Below, piece after piece: positions 57,573 through 64,000 of a DNA stretch of 64,000 nt. Below the pieces are notes generated by a model that saw only the letters and a list, made by a program, of their open reading frames with translations, was not told where the DNA came from and ran no database searches. The stretch is from an uncultured Dokdonia sp. GTDB lineage: Bacteria > Bacteroidota > Bacteroidia > Flavobacteriales > Flavobacteriaceae. Position 1 is the stretch's first letter. Every line of letters starts with the position of its first letter. The stretch lies in contig CANNDF010000009.1 in assembly GCA_947503305.1 (NCBI GenBank), positions 993-64,992 of the forward strand. The letters run 5' to 3'. The position numbers and the translations under genes were made by a program.

Positions 57573-60500
57573 ATGGGATTATTAGATAACGTATTAAAAA
57601 TTTTTGTAGGCGATAAGTCAAAACAAGATGTAAGTGCTATTACACCTATTGTAGATAAAATTAAATCACATGGGAAAGAAATGGAAGCACTCTCTCTGGA
57701 TGACTTACGTAAAAAGACTATAGAATTCAAAGAGCGTCTTGCAAATGCACTACAAGAAGTAAATGAAAAAATCGCAACACTTCAAACTGAAGCAGAAACT
57801 ACAGAAGATATAGATCATCGTGAAGAGATATATACCCAAATAGATGCTTTAAAAGATGAAGCCTATACCGTTTCAGAAAAAGCACTCAATGACATACTCC
57901 CTGAAGCATATGCTGTTGTAAAAGAAACAGCTACTCGTTTTGCACATAATACATCACTAGAAGTAACAGCGACAGAGTATGATCGATTTTTAAGTGGTTC
58001 AAAAGACTATATCACCCTGGAAGGAGAAAAAGCTATCTGGGCAAATAGCTGGGATGCTGCAGGAAAAGAGATTACGTGGGATATGATCCATTACGATGTA
58101 CAACTCATCGGTGGTGTTGCAATGCATCAGGGAAAAATTGCCGAAATGCAAACAGGAGAAGGAAAAACACTGGTGGCAACATTACCAGTTTACCTGAACG
58201 CCCTTACAGGAAATGGCGTACACCTTGTAACAGTAAATGATTACCTAGCAAAACGTGATAGTGCATGGATGGCACCACTCTTTCAGTTTCATGGATTGAC
58301 AGTAGATTGTATCGATTACCATAGACCTAATAGTCCTGAACGTCGTGAAGCCTATGCTGCAGATATCACCTATGGGACTAATAATGAGTTTGGTTTTGAT
58401 TACTTAAGAGATAATATGGCACATGCTCCAGGAGATCTGGTACAGCGCCCGCATAACTATGCTATTGTAGATGAAGTAGATTCAGTACTTGTAGATGATG
58501 CACGTACACCATTAATCATATCTGGACCAGTACCTAAAGGAGACGTACATGAGTTTAATGCTCTAAAACCTCAGATAGAAAAGCTAGTTTCTATACAACG
58601 CCAGCAACTAGTAGGCACACTAGCAGAAGCAAAAAAATTAATTGCAGCAGGAGACACGAAAGAAGGAGGTGTACAATTACTTCGAGTATATCGCGGACTT
58701 CCTAAAAACAAAGCCCTGATTAAATATTTAAGTGAAGAAGGTATCCGTATGTTATTACAGAAGACCGAGAACTTCTATATGCAGGACAATAACCGTGAGA
58801 TGCCAAAAATTGATGCCGAATTATATTTCACCATCGATGAGAAGAACAATCAAATAGAGCTTGCAGATCGTGGCATCGAATATCTATCTGGAAAAGAAGA
58901 TCCTAATTTCTTCGTTATGCCTGAAATGGGGATGGAAATCGCCAAGATAGAAGGCAAAGGTCTTACACCAGAGCAGGAAGCCGAAGAAAAAGAAGAGCTT
59001 TTCCGTGAGTTTAGTGTAAAATCTGAACGTATCCATACCATGAATCAATTACTTAAAGCCTACACCCTATTTGAAAAAGATACGGAGTATGTCGTGATGG
59101 AAAACAAAGTAATGATTGTCGATGAGCAAACTGGACGTATCATGGACGGACGCCGTTATAGTGACGGACTGCATCAAGCGATAGAAGCCAAGGAGAATGT
59201 AAAAATTGAAGATGCTACTCAAACCTTTGCAACGGTAACACTTCAAAATTACTTCCGTATGTACCGTAAACTGTCAGGTATGACGGGTACGGCAGTTACA
59301 GAAGCAGGAGAACTTTGGGAAATATATAAATTAGATGTAGTAGAAATACCTACCAATCGTCCTATCGCACGTAAAGATAGAGATGATCTTGTTTATAAAA
59401 CAAAACGAGAAAAATACAATGCAGTAATCGAAGAAGTGACTGCACTTTCTAATGCAGGAAGACCCGTATTAATAGGTACAACTTCTGTAGAGATTTCTGA
59501 ATTATTGAGTCGTATGCTTGCCATACGTAAAGTGCCTCATAACGTATTGAATGCAAAGCTTCATAAAAAAGAAGCCGACATCGTTGCAGAAGCAGGAAAT
59601 GCTGGAATCGTAACAATAGCAACAAACATGGCAGGTCGTGGTACAGACATCAAACTCTCTGATGAAGTAAAAGCTGCAGGAGGTCTTGCCATTGTGGGAA
59701 CAGAGCGTCATGACTCACGTCGTGTAGACAGACAATTACGAGGACGATCAGGACGTCAAGGAGATCCAGGAAGTTCACAGTTTTATGTGTCGCTAGAAGA
59801 TAACTTAATGCGCCTCTTTGGAAGTGAACGTATCGCCAAAATGATGGACCGTATGGGGCTTAAAGAAGGCGAAGTGATACAGCACGGAATGATATCAAAG
59901 TCTATCGAACGTGCACAGAAAAAAGTAGAAGAAAATAACTTTGGTGTACGTAAGCGATTACTCGAATATGATGATGTAATGAATGCACAACGTGAGGTTG
60001 TCTACAAACGTCGCCGCCATGCATTACATGGAGAACGTTTACGAGTAGATCTTGCAAATATGATCTATGATACTTCAGAAGTTATTGTAGAATCCAATAA
60101 AGCAGCACAAGACTATAAGAATTTTGAATTCGAACTCATACGGTATTTCTCTATGAGTAGTCCTGTATCAGAAAATGAGTTTGGAAGCCTTTCGCCAAAA
60201 GCACTGACAGACAAAATATACCACGCAGCCTTTGATCACTATAAAGACAAAATGGCTCGAAATGCTGATCTGGCTTTCCCGATCATCAAACAAGTATATG
60301 AAGATCCTGCAAGTAAATTTGAACGAATCGTTGTCCCATTTTCAGATGGTACAAAAGAATTACGTGTTGTAACCAACCTTAAAGATGCTTATGAATCTGA
60401 CGGAAAACAATTGGTTACTGATTTTGAAAAAAATATTACACTTGCTATTATAGATGATGCCTGGAAAACGCATCTTCGTAAAATGGACGAATTAAAGCAA

Positions 60501-60932
60501 AGTGTACAACTTGCCGTTCATGAACAAAAAGATCCATTATTGATCTATAAGTTTGAAGCTTTTGAATTATTCAAAACTATGATCGACAAAGTAAATAAAG
60601 AGGTAATCTCTTTCTTATTTAAAGGTGAAATCCCACAAGGAAACCAGCAAGTAGGAGATGCTAGTCAAGTACGTCGCTCTAAAGAAAAGCTAGAGACTTC
60701 AAAAGAAGAAATCCCTAATATGGATGAGCGTTCTGCACAAAGTCGAGCTGCAGGGAACACACAACCCCAACAGCAACAAGTTACAGAAACCATCGTGCGT
60801 GACCGTCCAAAAATAGGGCGTAATGATCGTGTTACTATTAAAAATGTAATGTCTGGAGAAAATAAAGTAGTAAAATACAAACAAGCAGAACCCCTCATTG
60901 CAAATGGCCAATGGGTACTGGTAGAAGAATAG
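57573..60932 (+). CDS. secA: Preprotein translocase ATPase SecA
   Basis: Contains [14 protein letters not shown] (Walker A), [19 protein letters not shown] and [11 protein letters not shown] prefer the ATG at 57573 ([11 protein letters not shown]) over the TTG at 57552. Confidence 0.95.
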   Translation: MGLLDNVLKIFVGDKSKQDVSAITPIVDKIKSHGKEMEALSLDDLRKKTIEFKERLANALQEVNEKIATLQTEAETTEDIDHREEIYTQIDALKDEAYTVSEKALNDILPEAYAVVKETATRFAHNTSLEVTATEYDRFLSGSKDYITLEGEKAIWANSWDAAGKEITWDMIHYDVQLIGGVAMHQGKIAEMQTGEGKTLVATLPVYLNALTGNGVHLVTVNDYLAKRDSAWMAPLFQFHGLTVDCIDYHRPNSPERREAYAADITYGTNNEFGFDYLRDNMAHAPGDLVQRPHNYAIVDEVDSVLVDDARTPLIISGPVPKGDVHEFNALKPQIEKLVSIQRQQLVGTLAEAKKLIAAGDTKEGGVQLLRVYRGLPKNKALIKYLSEEGIRMLLQKTENFYMQDNNREMPKIDAELYFTIDEKNNQIELADRGIEYLSGKEDPNFFVMPEMGMEIAKIEGKGLTPEQEAEEKEELFREFSVKSERIHTMNQLLKAYTLFEKDTEYVVMENKVMIVDEQTGRIMDGRRYSDGLHQAIEAKENVKIEDATQTFATVTLQNYFRMYRKLSGMTGTAVTEAGELWEIYKLDVVEIPTNRPIARKDRDDLVYKTKREKYNAVIEEVTALSNAGRPVLIGTTSVEISELLSRMLAIRKVPHNVLNAKLHKKEADIVAEAGNAGIVTIATNMAGRGTDIKLSDEVKAAGGLAIVGTERHDSRRVDRQLRGRSGRQGDPGSSQFYVSLEDNLMRLFGSERIAKMMDRMGLKEGEVIQHGMISKSIERAQKKVEENNFGVRKRLLEYDDVMNAQREVVYKRRRHALHGERLRVDLANMIYDTSEVIVESNKAAQDYKNFEFELIRYFSMSSPVSENEFGSLSPKALTDKIYHAAFDHYKDKMARNADLAFPIIKQVYEDPASKFERIVVPFSDGTKELRVVTNLKDAYESDGKQLVTDFEKNITLAIIDDAWKTHLRKMDELKQSVQLAVHEQKDPLLIYKFEAFELFKTMIDKVNKEVISFLFKGEIPQGNQQVGDASQVRRSKEKLETSKEEIPNMDERSAQSRAAGNTQPQQQQVTETIVRDRPKIGRNDRVTIKNVMSGENKVVKYKQAEPLIANGQWVLVEE

Positions 60933-60961
60933 TCTTTATAAATACATAAAAGACATTTAAA

Positions 60962-60995
60962 AAACGGTGAACTTATAAGTTCACCGTTTCTATTT
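60962..60995 (+). terminator. Rho-independent terminator after secA
   Basis: Perfect palindrome AAACGGTGAACTTATAAGTTCACCGTTT, with an A-run before it and T-rich sequence after it. Confidence 0.7.
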
Positions 60996-61075
60996 TTATC
61001 TTATAGTAATAAAGAAATATATTATTTAGCATACTATTTTTAATCTCTACGCTATAATTTGTATTTTAACAGACC

Positions 61076-62539
61076 ATGAATAATGACTACGCAACACGCA
61101 TCCAGAACTACAGTAACGGCAGTTATCAAGACCCGGCTTCTAATCAATGGATTGATAACTACGAGCCTTCATCAGGTAAAATCTATGGAGATATACCTAA
61201 CAGTAATGCAAATGATATAGAGGAAGCGGTAGCTTTTGCAAAAGCGGCATTCTCATCATGGTCACAAACTACTATTGAACAACGTAGTCGTATCTTATTA
61301 AAAATAGCAGATGGTATCGAAGCTAGACTACAGCAACTAGCCGAAGCCGAAAGTCGAGATAATGGAAAACCCATAGGCCTTGCCAAAAGTGTAGACATTC
61401 CAAGAGCTGCGTCCAATTTTAGATTTTTTGGAAATGCAATCACACAATTTGCATCAGAAAGCCACGAAAGCATAGGTCTTAATGCCATTAACTTTACATT
61501 ACGTAAACCCATAGGAGTCGTAGGATGTATAAGCCCTTGGAACCTTCCTTTATACCTATTTACATGGAAGATAGCACCCGCTATTGCAGCAGGAAATTGC
61601 GTCATTGCAAAGCCATCAGAAGTGACCCCTATGACCGCCTATCTTCTTGGGGAAATATGTACAGAAGCAGGATTACCCCCAGGTGTTTTAAATATCATAC
61701 ATGGCCTAGGGACAACAACTGGACAAGCAATCTTAGAACATCCAGAAATTAAAGCCATAAGCTTTACTGGAGGTACAAAAACAGGGGAGCATCTCGCACG
61801 TACCTGTGCACCTATGTTTAAAAAACTCTCTCTGGAACTCGGTGGTAAAAACCCAAATCTCATCTTTGCCGATTGCGATTATGAACATATGCTAGAGACC
61901 ACATTACGCTCTTCTTTTGCCAATCAAGGGCAAATATGCCTCTGCGGTAGTCGGATTTTTGTAGAACGATCTATTTACAAAAAATTCAAATCTGATTTTG
62001 TAAGCCGTGTCAAACAACTCGTCGTGGATCATCCTTCGTCAACAAAAGCAAACCTAGGTGCATTAGTATCAAAGCAACATCTAGAAAAAGTACAATCCTA
62101 TATAGCATTGACAAAAACCAAAGGCCAAGGCACTATCCTCTGTGGCGGGAATCGTATTATAATAAAAGGATATGAAGAAGGCTATTATCTAGAACCCACT
62201 GTTATAGAAGTCCCTAGTAACACCTGTACTCTTAATCAAGAAGAAATTTTTGGCCCTGTGGTTACCCTTATGCCATTTGATACAGAAGAAGAAGTCCTAT
62301 CCTATGCAAATGATGTAACCTATGGACTGTCTTCTACACTATGGACAAAAGATATAGACAGAACGATGCGAATAAGCAATCAACTTCAAGCAGGTATTGT
62401 CTGGGTAAATACATGGATGATGCGGGATTTACGAACCCCGTTTGGAGGCGTAAAAGCTAGTGGCGTTGGTCGTGAAGGTGGTTTTGAAGCATTACGTTTT
62501 TTTACAGAATCAAAAAACGTATGTATAAAATATAGCTAA
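61076..62539 (+). CDS. NAD(P)-dependent aldehyde dehydrogenase
   Basis: 487 aa with ELGGKNP and FANQGQICLCGSRIF (catalytic Cys) motifs. The substrate cannot be determined from the sequence. Confidence 0.9.
   Translation: MNNDYATRIQNYSNGSYQDPASNQWIDNYEPSSGKIYGDIPNSNANDIEEAVAFAKAAFSSWSQTTIEQRSRILLKIADGIEARLQQLAEAESRDNGKPIGLAKSVDIPRAASNFRFFGNAITQFASESHESIGLNAINFTLRKPIGVVGCISPWNLPLYLFTWKIAPAIAAGNCVIAKPSEVTPMTAYLLGEICTEAGLPPGVLNIIHGLGTTTGQAILEHPEIKAISFTGGTKTGEHLARTCAPMFKKLSLELGGKNPNLIFADCDYEHMLETTLRSSFANQGQICLCGSRIFVERSIYKKFKSDFVSRVKQLVVDHPSSTKANLGALVSKQHLEKVQSYIALTKTKGQGTILCGGNRIIIKGYEEGYYLEPTVIEVPSNTCTLNQEEIFGPVVTLMPFDTEEEVLSYANDVTYGLSSTLWTKDIDRTMRISNQLQAGIVWVNTWMMRDLRTPFGGVKASGVGREGGFEALRFFTESKNVCIKYS
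61232..61245. repeat. Palindrome GCTTTTGCAAAAGC (symmetric two-transition variant of the iterated palindrome)
   Basis: A perfect palindrome in its own right, read as A-F-A-K-A (VAFAKAAF) inside the ALDH CDS. Confidence 0.6.
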
Positions 62540-62597
62540 AACAAGGCATTTCAATATATTAAAAATTACGATTAATAAAAACCAGTATCTCTTATCT

Positions 62598-63377
62598 ATG
62601 AACCTACATCTTACACATAAAAATGCTCTGGTATGCGGTAGTACCGCAGGAATAGGAAAAGCGACAGCAATTGCCCTTGCACAAGAAGGTGCAAATGTAA
62701 CACTAGTCGCTCGTAATGAAGACAAGTTAAAAAACGTGTTATCAGAGCTATCCAATAACGGCTCGCAAACACATAGCTATATCAGTGCTGATTTTACAAA
62801 CCCTACCCAAGTAGCAAATGCAGTACTGGCAACAGGAAATGTATATCATATATTAATCAATAATACCGGAGGTCCTCCTGGAGGGGCTATAGTAGATGCC
62901 GATATTTCCGCTTTCGCGAAAGCGTTTACCCAACACCTGCAAACCAACCATTTATTAGTACAATCAGTAATTTCAGGAATGAAAGAAGCTGATTATGGGC
63001 GCATTATCAATGTGATTTCTACATCAGTAAAACAACCACTAGATGGATTAGGGGTAAGTAATACCATACGTGGAGCTGTTGCCAATTGGAGTAAAACACT
63101 AGCCAATGAACTAGGTCCTTATGGCATCACTGTAAATAATGTATTACCAGGAGCCACAGCCACAGGAAGGCTATCAGAAATTATAGAAAATAAAGCAAAA
63201 AAGACAGGGAAATCTATAGAAGAAATAAGTGCATCAATGCAAAATGCTTCACCTGCAAAACGCTTTGCATTACCCGAAGAAATCGCAAACGCTATTGTGT
63301 TTTTGGCAAGTGAAAAAGCGAGCTATATAAATGGAATTAATGTTCCAGTAGACGGAGGGCGAACAAAGTCTCTTTAA
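62598..63377 (+). CDS. Short-chain dehydrogenase/reductase (SDR)
   Basis: 259 aa with the cofactor motif VCGSTAGIGKA, the NNTGGPP region and a C-terminal INVPVDGG block. Confidence 0.9.
   Translation: MNLHLTHKNALVCGSTAGIGKATAIALAQEGANVTLVARNEDKLKNVLSELSNNGSQTHSYISADFTNPTQVANAVLATGNVYHILINNTGGPPGGAIVDADISAFAKAFTQHLQTNHLLVQSVISGMKEADYGRIINVISTSVKQPLDGLGVSNTIRGAVANWSKTLANELGPYGITVNNVLPGATATGRLSEIIENKAKKTGKSIEEISASMQNASPAKRFALPEEIANAIVFLASEKASYINGINVPVDGGRTKSL
62909..62924. repeat. Iterated palindrome, exact core extended to a 16-mer, inside the SDR CDS
   Basis: CGCTTTCGCGAAAGCG, read as A-F-A-K-A (ISAFAKAFTQ). Confidence 0.95.
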
Positions 63378-63384
63378 ATAATAC

Positions 63385-64000
63385 ATGGGATTATTTAAAA
63401 AGAAATACAAACCCGTTTTTATTACCACAAAGAGTACTTTTATCATTACACTTATTGTCATAGTGCTCACAATTATTGTTGTATGGCTTCAAGGGTTACA
63501 TATTGAAAGATCTATCGTACGTAATTCGTTCCTTTCTACTTTAATTCTCTCTGGTTTTTTATTTCTTTTCATGAGTATAGGTCTCTACCGTGGTTATAAA
63601 CTAAAAGACAATCTTGGAAAAATAACCGACTCATTTAAAGTAAATACCGATATGATAGATGGTTCTTGGAGTCCAGCTGACTCGATAGACTTAAGCATAG
63701 GAGATGGTTGTGAAGGTATTATTGGGTCGATTATCGCTTGGATACTTGCAACTATAGTTTTAGGAATCCTTTTATTCATCTTTAGCAATCTTATCGGTTT
63801 TTCAATACTATTCTTACTAGCCATTCTGTATTGGATATTTTTTAGAGCGCTTAGACTAGTATTTAAAAAATCCCCCATTTGCCAAGGTGATTTTTTATTG
63901 AGCCTTAGATATGCATTTATCTACACATGCTTTTCTACACTATGGCTTACACTACTTTTATTTATAGCAGAACACCAAAATAATAGTTTGATAGCATTAC
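63385..64000 (+). CDS. Hypothetical multi-pass membrane protein (3' end lies beyond the window edge)
   Basis: My own translation from the ATG at 63385 (MGLFKKKYKPVFITTKSTFIITLIVIVLTIIVVW...) stays open to the window end and has several hydrophobic segments. It is not in the track because it is truncated. Confidence 0.6.
   Translation, partial: MGLFKKKYKPVFITTKSTFIITLIVIVLTIIVVWLQGLHIERSIVRNSFLSTLILSGFLFLFMSIGLYRGYKLKDNLGKITDSFKVNTDMIDGSWSPADSIDLSIGDGCEGIIGSIIAWILATIVLGILLFIFSNLIGFSILFLLAILYWIFFRALRLVFKKSPICQGDFLLSLRYAFIYTCFSTLWLTLLLFIAEHQNNSLIAL

Noticed and set aside
61183-61863. Minus-strand ORFs (140 aa and 74 aa) and a plus-strand alternative-frame ORF inside the aldehyde dehydrogenase gene
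   Set aside because: These are shadow frames of a strongly supported ALDH CDS, with no motifs of their own.
63594-63878. 94-aa minus-strand ORF
   Set aside because: It is antisense to a plus-strand ORF that starts at 63385 and stays open to the window end with clear TM segments.

Overview
AT-rich bacterial chromosome segment (roughly one-third G+C by eye). I assign it to Bacteroidota, class Flavobacteriia. The supporting evidence is the folP / DUF1599 / DoxX-like / ABC permease / tpiA neighbourhood, TAnnTTTG -7 boxes with no Shine-Dalgarno sequences, and an adhesin-like secreted protein. Housekeeping genes flank both sides: folP, tpiA, prmA, clpS and sucC on the left; an ABC-F ATPase, a PduO-type adenosyltransferase, secA, an aldehyde dehydrogenase and an SDR on the right. 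The centre (13033-51736) is one tightly packed block of 34 genes, about 38.7 kb, all on the minus strand, encoding surface-glycan biosynthesis and export. It contains wza and wzc; wzm and wzt split by a pyruvyl transferase; an asparagine-synthase-like protein; 15 clear GT2/GT4 glycosyltransferases plus 2 possible ones; neuB-neuC-neuA; an MBOAT acyltransferase with three SGNH/DltD-like paralogues; two methyltransferases; a Wzy_C/O-antigen-ligase-family membrane protein; and a WbaP-type initiating transferase. No Wzx flippase is visible. The most unusual signal that no gene explains is a G+C-rich 14-nt perfect palindrome, GCTTTCGCGAAAGC. It occurs 7 times exactly and 4 more times as near copies, about once per 6 kb, in intergenic DNA and inside unrelated genes on both strands. 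Inside genes it is nearly always read as Ala-Phe-Ala-Lys-Ala/Val. I saw no rRNA, tRNA, CRISPR array, transposase, integrase or recognisable defence system. All calls come from reading the sequence and recalling family motifs; no searches were run.
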